Shown here: positions 47,901-61,770 of the stretch, one piece after another | How the letters are laid out: each line of letters opens with the position of its first letter | Numbering within the stretch: position 1 is the first letter of the stretch | From: Malacoraja senta | Lineage: Eukaryota | DNA length: 64,000 nt | Direction of reading: 5' to 3' | Assembly (NCBI GenBank): GCA_038087875.1 | Contig: JAXLNO010000456.1 | Coordinates: 62,001 to 126,000, forward strand | The notes under the pieces: generated by a model | Seen by the model: the letters and a program-made list of their open reading frames with translations, nothing else | Told to the model about the DNA's origin: nothing | Databases searched by the model: none | Program-made: the position numbers and the translations under genes

Positions 47901-50900
47901 TTCTGAAAAGGACCCGTTCACTCCTACTCTTCGCTTCCGATCTCCCAACCAATTTTCTATCCATGTCAGCACCCTACCTCCAATACCATGTGCTCTAATT
48001 TTAGTCACCAGTCTACCGTGCGGGACCTTATCAAAGGCTTTCTGAAAGTCTAGATAAACTACATCCACTGGCACCCCTTCATCCATTTTACTTGTCACAT
48101 CCTCAAAAAATTCCAGAAGAGTAGTCAAGCATGATTTCCCTTTCATAAATCCATGATGACATGGACTAATCCTTTTACTGCTATCCAAATGCCCCATTAT
48201 TACATCTTTAATAATTGACTCCAGCATCTTTCCCACCACCGAAGTCAGGCTAACTGGTCTGTAATTCCACGTTTTCTCTCTCGCTCCTTTCTTGAAAAGT
48301 GGGATAACATTAGCTATCCTCCAATCCACAGGAACTGATCCTGAATCTATTGAACATTGGAAAATTATCACCAATGCGTCCACTATTTCTAGAGCCACTT
48401 CCCTGGTGACCCTGGGCTGCAGACCATCAGGTCTAGGGTATTTATCATCCTTCAGTCCCATTAGCCTACCCAATACTATTTCTCGCCTAATGAAAATGTC
48501 TTTCAGTTCCACTACCCCCTTAGATCCTCTCTCCTTCAGTATATCTAGGAGATTGTTTGCGTCTTCCTTAGTGAAGACAGATCCGAAGTACCTATTCAAC
48601 TCTTTTGCCATTTCCTTGTTGCCCATAATAATGTCACCCGTGTCTGCCTTCAAGGGACCCACATTTGACTTTGCTACTCTTTTTCCCTTAACATATCTAA
48701 AAAAGCTTTTACTTTCCTTCTTTATATTCCTGGCCAGCTTCCCTTCGTACCTCATCTTTTCAGCCCGTATTGCCCGTTTTGTTTCCTTCTGTTGTCCTAT
48801 GAATGTTTCCCAATCCTCTGGATTCCGGCTACTCTTTGCTGTGTTATACATCTTTTCTTTTCGTTTTATTCTATCCCTCAATTCTCTTGTCAGCCACGGT
48901 TGCCTCCTAATCCCCTTAGAATATATCTTCCTTTTTGGAATGAAATGATCCTGCGTCTCCGGATTATGCCCAGAAATTACTGCCATTGCTGTTCCAACGT
49001 CATTTCTGCTAGGATCCCTTTCCAGTCTACCTTAGCCAGCTCCGCTCTCATGCCTCCATAGTCCCCTTTGTTCAACTGCTTCACTGACACTTCCGACAAC
49101 GTTCTCCTTCTCAAATTGCTGATTAAAACTAATCATATTATGATCACTACCTCCAAGCGGTTCCTTTACCTCGAGTTCTCTTATCATATCTGGTTCATTG
49201 GACAACACTAAATCCAGAATTGCCTTTTCTCTGGTCGGCTCCATTACAAGCTGCTCTAAGAATCCATCTGGGAGGCATTCTACAAACTCTCTTTCTTGGG
49301 GTCCTGAACCAACCTAATTTTCCCAGTCTACCTGCATATTGAAATCCCCCATCACCATAGTGGCATTACCTTTGTGACATGCCAGTTTTAACTCCTGCTG
49401 CAACTTACACCCTACATCCGGGCTACTATTTGGGGATCTGTAGATAACACCAATTAGTGTCTACTTGCCTTTACAATTCCTCAACTCAATCCACAGGGAC
49501 TCTACCTCGTCAGTCCCTATGTCTTCCATCGCAAGGGACTGAATTCCATCCCTCACCAGCAGAGCTACCCCCCTCCTCTGCCCACCTGCCTGTCCTTTCT
49601 ATAGGATGTATAACCCTGAATATTAAGTTCCCAGGCCCGATCCTCCTGCAGCCACGTCTCAGTAATCCCAACAAGGTCATATCTACCAACCTCTAACTGA
49701 GCCTCAAGCTCATCTACTTTACTTCTTATACTTCGCGCATTCATATACAATAATTTTAATTCCTTACGCATCTCACCTTTCACATCGATCCCTATTATAC
49801 TTGGCCATACGCTCCTATCCCTTTGTGAGCTTCCTTTCCCGTAAATTCTGGGGTCATTAACCATCCGTTTATTCTCTTTCCCTTTAACTCCGTCCTCGAC
49901 TATCCCATTTGACACCTCACCCCCCTTATTCAGTTTAAAACCACCCGTGTAGCAGTGGCAAACCTGCCTGCTAGAATGATGGCCCCCCACCTGCAATCCG
50001 TCCCTTTTGTACAGTTCCCCCTTACTCCAAAACAGATCTCAGTGATCTAAGAATTTAAATCCCTGCCCTCTGCACCGGTTCCACAGCCACACATTCAGGT
50101 CCCGTATCTCCCTGTTCCTGCTCTCGCCAGCACGAGGAACTGGAAGCAAACCGGAGATAACAACGCTGGAGGTCCTGTTTTTCAGCATTTTTCCGAGCTC
50201 TCTAAAGTCACGCTGCAGAATATTCAACCCCTTCTTTCCGACATCGTTTGTGCCGACATGCACTACCACTTCCGGCTGTTCACCTTCGCCCTTGAGGATT
50301 TTCTGCACTCTGTCTGTGACATCCTGGAGCCTGGCACCAGGAAGGCAGCACACCATCCTCGAATCCCGTCTGTTGCCACAGAAACCCCTGTCCGTAGCTC
50401 TCACAAGGGACACACAAAATTAAGCCAAATGGCCCCACTACATACCGGCCCCTAATTGTTATGAGTATATAACGAGGCAATTACTATTAGACATCAAAAA
50501 AGTAGCAATGAAGGCTTAATATATTTCAAAAATAAAAAGTAGCATGCATCATATATCGGCATTCAGACGTCTTCAGCGATTCTTCTATCTTCACCTATGC
50601 TTTCTAGAAGCAAGCATAACTTGCTTTAATTGGTCTTATTAAAACATTGTTTTTAGTTTATAGTCGTACCGTGCGCACCAACCCCTTAACATCAGGTATG
50701 ATACCCAGTATACAGTCCAAAACACAAAATCCAAAGTTTCGATAGCATGAAACTTCTTCCTCCATGTCCAATCAACTCATGGATATGTTGTAACAATAAT
50801 GTTAAAGTGTAAAATCCCGCGAGAGAATTATAGGATTTTAAACAATAACGTTCACTGGTTAGTTTAATTTCCGGATCATTGGCAGCGATTTCAAATCCCA

Positions 50901-53900
50901 GCTTAAGTTTTAGCCATTCTCTGCTGACTCACAGAGAGACTCTGGTCCATTGATCAATCTATTATTGCTTAAGAAGCGGGTTGCTGTCAGTCCTCTAGAT
51001 GCTTCCTCTGCCGGATTTTATTTTGTGTTAACATATTTCCATTGTGAAACATTAGTAGCTCCCAATGCTCTTTCCATTGGCAAATTGTCTTTGTCCAAAT
51101 CTAACTCTCTGGTCTCTTTGGCTCTATCCTCTGGTGGAATGCTTTCCAATACAACATAACTGTTGCTGATCCACTTGGAAAGCGTGAATCCTCCCTTATT
51201 GCAGAGGGAATTCAGAGGTTTTCCCACTGAAACTGCTTCCTGCTCAGTAGACATGGATTTTAAGCAATCATCAACATAGAAATTATTCTTCAAAGTGGTG
51301 ACAGAGGAACTGAAGGAAATCCACATTAGGCAGGAAATGGTGTTGGATAGAGTGATGGGAATGAAGGCTGATAAATCCCCAGGGCCTAAGTAGCCTGCAT
51401 CCCAGGGTACCTAAGGAAGTGGCTCTAGAAATCGTTGATGCATTGGTGATAATTTTTCAATGTTCTATAGACTCAGGATCAGTTCCTGTGGATTGGAGGG
51501 TAGCTAATGTTATCTCACTTTTTAAGAAAGGCGGGAGAGAGAAAATGGGGGATTATAGACCAGTTAGCCTGACATCGGTGGTGGGGAAGATACTGGAGAC
51601 AATTATAAAAGATGAGATAGCCGCACATATGGATATCAGCAACAGGATCGGTCCGAGTCAGCATGGATTTACGAAGGGGAAATCATGCTTGACTAATCTT
51701 CTGGAATTTTTTGAAGATGTAAGTAGGAAAATGGACAAGGGAGAGCCAGTCGATGTAGTATACCTGGACTTTCAGAAATCATTTGATAAGGTCCCACATA
51801 GGAGATTAGTGGGTAAAATTAGGGCACACGGTATTGGCGGTAGAGTGCTGACATGGATAGAGAAGTGGTTGGCAGACAGGAAACAAAGAGTAGGGATAAA
51901 CGGGTCCCTTTCAGAATGGCAGGCAGTGACAAGTGGGGTACCGCAAGGCTCGGTGCTAGGACCGCAGCTATTTACAATATACATCAATGATTTGGATGAA
52001 GGGATTCAAAGTAACATTAGCAAATTTGCAGATGACACAAAGCTGGGTGGCAGTGTGAACTGTGAGGAGGATGCTATGAGGATGCAGGGTGACTTGGACA
52101 GGTTGGGGGAGTGGGCAGATTCATGGAAGATGAAGTTTAATGTGGATAAATGTGAGGTTATCCACTTTGGTAGCAAAAACAGGAGGGCAGGTTATTATCT
52201 AAATGGCGTCAAGTTGGGAAAAGGGGTAGTACAAGTTAGGAAAAGGGGGGGTCCTTGTACATCAGTCTATGAAAGTAAGCATGCAGGTACAGCAGGCAGT
52301 GAAGAAAGCGAATGGCATGTTGGCCTTTATAACAAGAGTAAATCAATCAATCAATCAATCAACCTTTATTGTCATCTTGCAAAGCAACAGTTGTACAGTG
52401 CATAATGAGAAGACGGTTCCCAGGGAATACCAGAGCATCGCACATAAAACTTAAACATTTCACACATAAAATAAAAACAATCCAGTCCCTGATAAAAGAG
52501 TACGAATAGTTAAAAAGTGCAGGTAAAAACAGCAAGATTAAAATACAAGTAAAAACAGTCATAAATTGTCCAGGGCAGCTGATTGAAGTGGCCAGTGCCA
52601 GAGTTATTAAATTGTCAGTGCAAAAAAAGCAGCAGAATCAGGTGGAGTGACTGTTTAGCAGCCTCACAACCTGTGGAAGGGAGCTGTTTAGCAGTCTGGT
52701 TGTCCGGGCTTTGATGTTAGGGTAGCTTGCCTGATGGCAGGAGATCCAGATGTTTGTGGAGGGGTTGCAGTGTGTCCTTTGCTATGCTCAGTGATTTTTT
52801 CAGGCAGCGGCTCTGGAACAGTTCTTGTACCGAGGGTAGGGAGACGCCAATGATCCTCCCTGCTCCCCTCACTAACCTCTGCAGAGACTTCCTGTCTGAG
52901 CAGTTACAGTTGGAGTACCACGTGGTCATGCAGTACGTGAGTACAGACTCCACCGTGCCCCTGTAAAAAGTCCTGAGGATGTTGGTGGGGAGTGAGCCCT
53001 GTTTGAGTTTCCTCAGGTAGTGCAGTCGCTGATAGGCCCTTTTGACAATCCCAGTGTTGTTCCGGGACCAGGTGAGACTGTCTTTGATTTGCACTCCGAG
53101 GAACTTTATGTTCTCCACTCTTTACACCGTGGTGCCACTGATGTTGAGGGATGTGTGTTTGGGCTACAATCTCCTGAAGTCGACAATCATCTCCTTTGTT
53201 TTGTCGACGTTTAATTCTAAGGTGTTGTAGCCACATCAGTCTACTAGTTGTTTCCCTTCCTCCCTGTACTTTGTTTCATCCTCTCCGCTGATGAGTCCCA
53301 CCACTGTGTTATCATCTGCGAATTTAATAATCCTGTTGTCCCTGAATCTGGCAGCACAGTCATATGAGTAGTGTGAAAAACAGCGGACTGAGCACACAGC
53401 CTTGAGGGGAGCCGGTGCTCAGCGTGATCGAGCCTGAGGTGTTATTGCCAACATGGACTGACTGCGGTCTCTCTGTCAGAAAGTCCAGGATCCAGTGACA
53501 CAGGGTCACTGAATCGAATATAGGAGCAAAGAGGTCATTCTGCAGTTGTACAGAGCCCTAGTGAGACCACACCTGAAGTATTGTGTGCAGTTTCGGTTCC
53601 CTAATTTGAGGAAGGACATTCTTGCTATTGAGGGAGTGCAGCATAGGTTTACAAGGTTATTTCCCGGAATGACGGGATTGTCATATGCTGAGAGATTGGA
53701 GCAGCTGGACTTGTACACTTTGGAGTTTAGAAGGATGAGAGGATATCTCATTGAAACTTATAAGATTGTTAAGAGCTTGGACATACTAGAGGCAGGAAAC
53801 ATGTTCCCGATGTTGGGGGAGTCCAGAACCAGGGGCCACAGTTTAAGAATAAGGAGTAAACCATTTAGAACGCAGACGAGGAAACACTTTTTCTCACATA

Positions 53901-56900
53901 GAGTGGTGAGTGTGTGAAATTCTCTGCCTCAGAGGGCGGTGGAGGCAGGTTCTCTGGATGCTTTCAAGAGAGAGCTAGATGGGGCTCTTAAAAATAGCGG
54001 AATCAGGGGATATGGGGAGAACGCAGGAATGGGGTACTGATTGGGGATGATCAGCCATGATCACATTGAATGGCGGTGCTGGCTCGAAGAGCCAAATGGC
54101 CTACTCCTGCACCTATTGTCTATTGTCTATTGTTATTACTTCCTCTGGAAAGTGAACTTTATTGTCCTCTGCTGTCTTCTTTAATGCAAAGTTCGCACAA
54201 CTTGGTGATGACACTGCTCCAAAGAGATATACCTTCATCTGGTAATCAACAAGATCTTGTTGTACATCCCCTTCAGGCCATCATAAGTATCACAGGTAGT
54301 CAATGTGTTTTTCTGATACATTGACTTGATGAAACATCGCTCTGATATCAGCAATCAAAGCAATTGGCTCTTGTCTGAATTTAATGAGAACTCCAATGAG
54401 TGAGTTGGTAGGGTCTGGACCTTGCAGTAGTTGACAGTTAAGTGATGTTCCTTTGAAGACTGCAGCACAGTCAAAGACCACCCTCAAGGTCCCTTTCTTC
54501 GAGTGATACACCCTATGGTGTGGTATGTACCGAAGCTCTCCATCACTTTGATTCAGTTGGTTTGTTGGTACCATTTTGGCATAATCATTGCCAATCATAT
54601 CCTCAGGACAGACGCATATTCCTCATGAAATTTCGTATTCTTGCCAAACTTGCGTTTCAGGTTATGTGTGCGTTCCTCTGCCATACGACGAATATTTGGC
54701 AGACTAACACTTTCTTGTTTGAAAGATAAGTCCAGACAAAAGTGTCTGTCTATCATCTTCACTGAGTAATTCATAATATCCAAGAACTTTAACTATTCCA
54801 AGGACATTTCTTCAGGTTCCTTACAGGTACTTTCATTGAAGTCATGATTATATTGCTTGATCAACAACTTTTCTAATTTACCAGTAGATATTTGATTAAC
54901 AGCAGCGGCAGGATAGTTCTTCCGGTTCCCGCTTTCATTGTTCCTTCCCAAGGAGCCATAGATAACCCATCCTAGTAGGGTTTTCACAGCAAACGTTCCA
55001 TCACCTTGGCTCCTCACAATCTGTACAGGTTCCAATGGCTTCAATGCATTCGTTCAGATAAGTAGGTCAATACCAGAATTTGTTTTAGATATTTTGACAT
55101 CATTCAAGTAAGGCCCTTGTCTCATGTCCTCATGTCCGGCTATATTTTGATAAGCAACAGGCATGGTCTGATGTGTAAACACTTCAGATATTGGTATAAA
55201 ATTATGTTCATCCAGACTGGATATCTCCATACTTGTAAGGTAATGACTAATGCACTCCTTATGTTCATTCATGGTACGCAATCGAATCTTAATCTCTTCT
55301 CCTGTGATGTCCAGCCTTCTCATCAGGCTTTCTGTGCAAAAGGTAGCCGAACTTCCGTGATCTCAAAATACATATGTTTGCATATCCTTTGACAGCATCA
55401 CTAGTAGCTGACTTCTTCTGTTCTATTTGCCCCGGCTTCTTCTTTACAGTGTGAAGTGCTTAAGGATGATTTTGCTTCCACTTATCACAAATTATAGGAC
55501 TCTTACAGTCTTTAACCATGTGTCCTTTTTTCAAACATCCAAAACAGATTCCCTTCTCTTTTAAGAAATCCACCCTTTCTTTATATTCTTTCTTCTTGAA
55601 TCTTCGACACCATCTTATGGTGGTACCAACTTCATCACATAACAAACAAAATCCTTTATGCTTGATAGTAGATACATCTCCTTTCATTCCACCTGTCGTT
55701 TCCACAGGTACTATAGCGGTAGCAAAACTGCTTCCCTTGAGTCCTGATCTTCCTTTAGTTTTGGTAAAGGAAGAACCCTTGACAGTTGCAATTGATTTAT
55801 GATCTTGAATACTCCTGTGGTGTGGATCTAACATGTACCGTACTTGCTTTTCCAAGTTATTTACCTGGTCTGGTAACATGGCTACTCGCTTCTTCTTATC
55901 CAATATATGGCCTGCTTTATGACTCCACTTTTCTCTAAATCGTCGGGGCAGTTTTTCAATGATGGTTCTAGTATTACTAACAAGATTCATCTCCTCTGTA
56001 TGGTTGAGATTTTCCATTGAGCTACAACAACCTCTAAGAAATATTGCAAAAGCACTTAATGCCTCCACATCTTCTGGCTTGATAGCTTTCCAAGCCTAGG
56101 CCTTCACTATGCATGCATTAGCGATCCTCTGTACATTACCAATACATTATTTAAGTAACCTTCTTGTTTCTTGATAGCCTTGGCGGTCAGGTTTATTTTG
56201 ACAACTTACTACCTTAGCACTTCCGCTTGTGTGATGCACCAGAAATCGTAAGCGCTCTTTTTCATCAGTAATTTTCATTTCTACTAATTCGTCAAACGCC
56301 ATTATGAGCGCTTCATACCCAAAGGATCACCATTATATGTAGGAATTTCTATTGGTGGTAGGGTGAAAGAGAGATTTTGTTTCGCTATGAGCTTGTTGAA
56401 TTCAGCTTGATTCTCCGCCAATTCACGTAATCCCTCTCGAGATCCTTGGCTTGGCGCAAACGAATGATAGACAGGTCTCTGATAATATTGGCTTGCTCGA
56501 GCCTGCATATCTGGCCTCGGTAAAGCGTACTGAGCTATTAGTTTGTCCCGAGCCTCTACAGATGCCCCATAAGTAGTTTGCTTCGGTCTAGCACCCAGTT
56601 GCTATCTTTTGGCCACCTTTTGGCTACATGCTAGTTCTGAGTCACGAGGCCGGATATCCTCTGGCTGTAGATTTGATTTAATTGTTGTTTCCCTTTGAGC
56701 AGTTCCTTTTCTCAAATAAGAGTTCATCGCATCAGATGCCCTGGAGCTGCACCTTGAACCCTCACTTTCCATTATCTCCTTCTTCGATTTGACAACCGCC
56801 AAGTTTGTGGCTAGTTCCAGGTATTCTTTTCGTTACCTCATCTCCCTTTCAGCTGTTCTTCTTCTCGAGCAATCTCATGTTTCTTCTCCAAGGCATCCGC

Positions 56901-59382
56901 TTCTATTGAGAGAGCGGCTAGATCAGCTTCATCTCCCAATCGAGCAGAAGCCCTTGATGCTGAACTGACTATAGAACCAGATTTATGTCTTGATCTTCGT
57001 GTAGATACATTCGAGATACTATCTTGTGGTGTTATCACCTCTTCCATTTCAGCACCTTGTTGCATCGCACTTCCAACTGTACCATAAGTAAGTTGTCCGA
57101 TTTCGACACCTTGATGAGTAGCATGCGCAGTCCTTTGTTCAACTTCAGCGAACCATCTATTGGCATTTCCATAGATTCATCAAATAACTTCACCTTTTCT
57201 TTGAACCACTGGATATATTTTTCGCGTTCTTCCTGAGATGGCTGTGAACCCAGCAGTGCTTTATGCTTATCTCAAACCTCTTTACCGAAGCTGAATATTT
57301 GGCTCAGATTACATTCCACTTTGTTCACGTTCTCATCTGATTCCATTAGTTCCTTCTGGTCATTAAACAGCTTCAGCACCTTCCTCCATAACTTGTTTCT
57401 CTCCTTCTGGGTTTCTTTCAGAAATGCAACTGACTTTTTCGGTGAATATAACTTGTCTCTTCCCATATCTTGGCCTTTCATCGCCACCTTGTGGCTCCTC
57501 TGACACACCTGATCCATCTTGCTCCATGGTCTTGGCAGATTGCCAAATCTGGATTCCAGACAAACTTCTTCAGCTTGCTTCAGGCGGCTGCGGGCCGGCA
57601 GGCCGTTGCCGCGCGGAATTTTTGAACACGGTCATTTTTTTCGGAGCCCCGCGCGATGTCGGGACCAGCTCCGCACAACTCCATACGGCTCCAGCGATCG
57701 AAGTGGGACCGGCCCCGCGAGGCCGTACGGCTCAAGCGACCATGTTAGGTCGCGCTTGCCGCATGGAGTCGCATGCTCGTGGGATAGGCCCTTTATTGAT
57801 TAACATTGGTTGAATGGTCTAAAAACATCAGATAAGAAACTATAACAAACTGGACTTTCAGACAACATCCAAAATATTTTCGAAGTTTATAAGTGACTTC
57901 AGTTCACAAAGAATGTGTCTTATCATGACTTCAACACAAGGACAAGCACCTGGATTTATCCAGGCTGAACTGGCAACCAAGCTTCTTGGTTTCTTTCCAA
58001 ACTTTAGCAGAACTTAAACTTCTCCAGACTCTTCAGAACCCGTTCGAATTAAAGCATCCCGGCTTCTGAATTCAGCATAGTTGTTCTACTCACGATTCCT
58101 GGTAAAGTCGTTCATCTCCAGATAAATCGTGTGGCTGTCGATAAATCTCTAAGCCAGTCTCTAGGTGAGATCTATTGTCTTCAGTTCCTCTTCTGGAACC
58201 GGTCTTCAGTTCTTCTTCTGGAACTAATTTTTCTGGCAGAACTGTCATATGCAGAGAGAATGGAGCAGCTGGGCTTGTACACTCTGGAGTTTAGAAGTAT
58301 GAGAGGGGATCTCAATGAAACATATAAGATTGTTTAGGGTTTGGACACGCTAGAGTCAGGAAACATGTTGCCGATGTTGGGGGAGTCCAAAACCAGGGGC
58401 CACAGTTTAAGAATAAGGAGTAAGCCATTTAGATCGGAGATGAGGAAACACTTTTTCTCACAGAGAGTGGTGAGTCTGTGGAATTCTCTGCCTCAGAGGG
58501 CGTTGGAGGCGTGTTCTCTGGATGCTTTCCAGAGAGAGGGCATATGGGGAGAAGGCAGGAACGGGATACTGATTGGGGATGATCAGCCATGATTACATTG
58601 AATGGCGGTGCTGGCTCGAAGGGCCGAATGGCCTACTCCTGCACCTATTGTCTATTGTCTATTGAAACGCGGAGAAATGTTTGTGTTGTCCATCTCACGT
58701 GATTGGGTGAAACACCGGTCAAGGTGTATGTTGTCCGCCAGCCTGTGCCTGAGGCCGAGCGGCCTCTCCCCCGGTCCCGGGGCCGCGCTGCCCGAGTCTC
58801 CCCCCGACCGCCGAGGACTGACTCTCTGATTCTCTGCTTCTCCCCCCAGTCTCCGTCACCCTGGATGTGGAAACAGCGCATCCGCAGCTCGATGTGTCTG
58901 AGGATCGGAAGAGCGTGAGATGGACCGAGACCCGGAGGAGTCTCGCTGACACCGGGAAGAGGTTTACAGTCTTGTCGTGTGCGCTGGGATCGGAGGGATT
59001 CACATCGGGGAGACATTACTGGGAGGTGGAGGTGGCGGGGAGTCGGCGCTGGAGTCTGGGAGTCGCCGCAGAGTCTGTGGAGAGGAAGAGACGGGTCAAC
59101 CTGATCCCGGATACTGGAGTCTGGAGGATCAGGCGGTGTGATGACGAGTTTGATGCATTTACCCCCCCTCCATCCCCTCTCCCCGCCCGTCCCATCCCCG
59201 GGAGGGTGGGAGTTTATCTTAGTTACGAGTCCGGGACAGTTTCATTTTACGACGCGGATACCAAGTCCCATCTCCACACCTTCACTGGGAATAAATTCAC
59301 GGAGAAACTTTATCCTTTCTTCAGGACTTGGAACGAAAACCAGTGTCTGAGAATCTGCTCCGGTTCCGCTCCGGGTGTGTAA
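44917..59382 (+). CDS. Intact TRIM (RING-Bbox-CC-PRY/SPRY; RFP/TRIM39/A33-like), 471 aa; exons 44917-45327, 45427-45522, 45607-45840, 46847-46869, 46971-47089, 58850-59382
   Basis: RING CPICLD..CGHNFC..C..CPEC and B-box CEKH..C..C..H. GT-AG junctions give the typical TRIM exon sizes 96/234/23 nt. Phases join without stops into the SPRY exon (1416 nt in total). AATAAA near 59522. Confidence 0.88.
47330..50410 (-). mobile_element. Degenerate long CR1 LINE (ORF1 esterase fragment plus ORF2) in TRIM intron 5
   Basis: Motifs HVGTND, YMNARSI, ITETW and RT motifs, with stops and frameshifts. Confidence 0.9.
51301..54131 (+). mobile_element. CR1 LINE nested in the BEL RT, itself split by a Rex1 element
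   Basis: The BEL peptide [18 protein letters not shown] is split at these coordinates. CR1 RT ORF at 51419-52340 resumes at about 53510. Confidence 0.85.
52340..53508 (-). mobile_element. 5'-truncated Rex1/Babar-type LINE nested in CR1
   Basis: RT C-terminal fragments and a (TTGA)n tail at 52340-52361. Confidence 0.85.
57580..57791. mobile_element. Harbinger-type terminal fragment or MITE remnant
   Basis: Ends with catgctcgtgggataggccct|tta, resembling the Harbinger TIR and subterminal motif. No left TIR was seen. Confidence 0.55.
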
Positions 59383-60179
59383 AAGGGTTGGGTACCGGGA
59401 CCGGCTTCAGGAGCGGGCCTCAGGGGCTGTGGGACAGAAACCCGGTGGACAACAAGTCGGCGCTGAACGGCTCCCATTTAATCCCCAAATTCCTCGTCGT
59501 AAAAACCCCAGTGAGCGCGGAAATAAAACCAGGGGGAATGTAACTGTGGGAAGAGTGAAGTAAACAGCAACTGAAATCAGAGCTGTCTGTCGATCCGTTC
59601 ATTTTAACGCGTTAACCGCGTCCGGCAACTGAACAGAAATTACTTTTGTGAAAATATAAAGATTGAAACAATCTCCCTTCCCGCGGGTTCAGCAGCAGCC
59701 GCGGGCGGCGGGTCCTGAGCTCCGGGCTCTCCCGGGTCCTAAAGCCCACTGGCTCGATTAGAAGGGTGCAAGAGCCGTCTGGCAAATGAAAAACCCGGGA
59801 AAAGTGACGATGAGGTTGGTGCAGAAAAAGAGGGGCGGATGGTTTGGAAATTACTAAAGGAGGGGTAAGCTGAATGCAGGCAACGGGAGGCAAGAGGGTT
59901 CGTTAATTAAGTGAAAATATTGAATTTATCGATGAGTGGGGAGCCGTGCGAAGATGTAACAGATTTCTATGTTCGCGAACTTCACTGACCAGCAGCGCAA
60001 CGCACGATATTGATCGAGCACCAAAGGAACTAAAGCAATCCTGAAACGGACTGAAGGTAGACACTAAATGATGGAGTAACTGTTAGAAGGGTCTCGTCCC
60101 GAAACGTCACCCATTCCTTCTCTACATAGATCAACATAAATCAACATGGCTTCAAAACAACAGCTTGAGATTTTAAGGG

Positions 60180-61770
60180 AAGATGGGAAACTGAAGATAG
60201 AAACTCCTGCCCGGAATGTAGGGAGGAGTTGCAGAGCGCACCCTCAGGGTTAGTCGGGCCTTGGCGAGACTCTCTGAGAAAGCTCGAACACTGAGCCTGA
60301 ATCGGACAGAGAAGAAAAGTAAACTTCACTGCGAGGCACACCAGGAAGAGCTGAAGCTGTTTTGTGACACAGACAAGAAACTGATCTGTGTGGTTTGTGC
60401 AGCTGGGCGGGAACACAAGTCTCACAGCGTCATGCCGGTAGACGAAGCTGTTGAAATCTACAAGGTAAATAAAATCGGATTGTGATCACTTCCATGTTTC
60501 ATGACATTGTTTGTATCTGACTCTATTATTCTGGGGTTTTTCACAACTCCAATCTAAGGCTGAGATCAAATCTTCCTTGGAATCTCTCACTCAAAATAAA
60601 TTGGCGTTGGAGCAAATGGAACAGCAACAGAAGAATATGATTTATGGAGTTCTGGTAAGGTATAGGAGCAAAGAGGTCCTTCTGCAGTTGTACAGGGCCC
60701 TAGTGAGACCACACCTGGAGTATTGTGTGCAGATTTGGTCTCCAAACTTGAGGAAGGACATTTGGTAGCAAAACAGGAGGGCAGAGTACTATCGAAATGC
60801 TGTCAAGTTGGGAATAGGGGAAGTACAACGGGATCTGGGGGGTCCTTGTTCATCTGTCAATGAAAGTAAGCATGCAGGTACAGCAGGCAGTGAAGAAAAA
60901 CGAAAGGCATGTTGGCCTTTATAACAAGAGGAATTTAGTATAGGAGCAAAGAGGTCCTTCTGCAGTTGTACAGGGCCCGAGTGAGACCACACCTGGAGTA
61001 TTGTGTGCAGTTTTGGTCCCCTAATTTGAGGAAATACATTATTGCTATTGAGGGAGGGCAGCGTAGGTTCACGAGGTTAATTCCCGAGATGGCGGGATTG
61101 TCATATGCTGAGAGAATGGAGCGGCTGGGCTTGTATACTCTAGAATTTAGAAGTGTGAGAGGGAATCTTATTGAAACATATAAGGTTCTTAAGGGTTTGG
61201 ACACGCTAGAGGAAGGAAGCATGTTCCCGATGTTGGGGGAGTCCAGAACCAGGGGCCACAGTTTAGTAATAAGGCTTAAGCCGTTTAGAACGGAGACGAG
61301 GAAACACTTTTTCACACAAAGTTTTGAATCTGTGGAATTCTCTGCCTCCGGATACTTTCAAGAGAGAGCTAGATAGGGCTCTTAATGATAGCGGAGTCAG
61401 GGGATATGGGGAGAAGGCAGGAACGGGGTACTGATTGTGGATGATCAGCCATGATCACATTGAATGGTGGTGCTGGCTCGAAGGACCGCATGGCCTACTT
61501 CTGCACCTATTGTCTATTGTCTCCTCCTTCCAAAGCTGAAATCTTGAGCAGACTTATTATCCGTATTGCATTGTAATAATATCTGTCTTTCATTTGCCAG
61601 GATCAGTCACAGTTTCTGCAGTCCCACATTAGGTCCCTGTTTGCTGAACTGCACCAGATTCTCTTCGATAAAGAACAACGCCTACTGAAATATCTCAGCG
61701 ATGAGAAGGAGATGATTCTAAATACAATATAGAAAAATATTCAAGAGATTCAAGTACGTTTGAATCTTAT
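60180..61770 (+). pseudogene. Truncated TRIM copy (RING mostly deleted, B-box, 96-nt exon, broken coiled-coil exon)
   Basis: RNSCPEC remnant, B-box exon to about 60464, exon about 60559-60654, and exon from 61601 with an in-frame TAG and interruption by CR1. Confidence 0.8.

Larger units (their letters stand above)
50411..57560 (-). mobile_element. Degenerate BEL/Pao LTR retrotransposon (gag-pol remnants)
   Basis: Motifs EIPTYNGDP, gag [35 protein letters not shown] and NFYVDD. PPT-like AATTAGGGGCCGGTA followed by TGT at about 50442. Confidence 0.85.
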
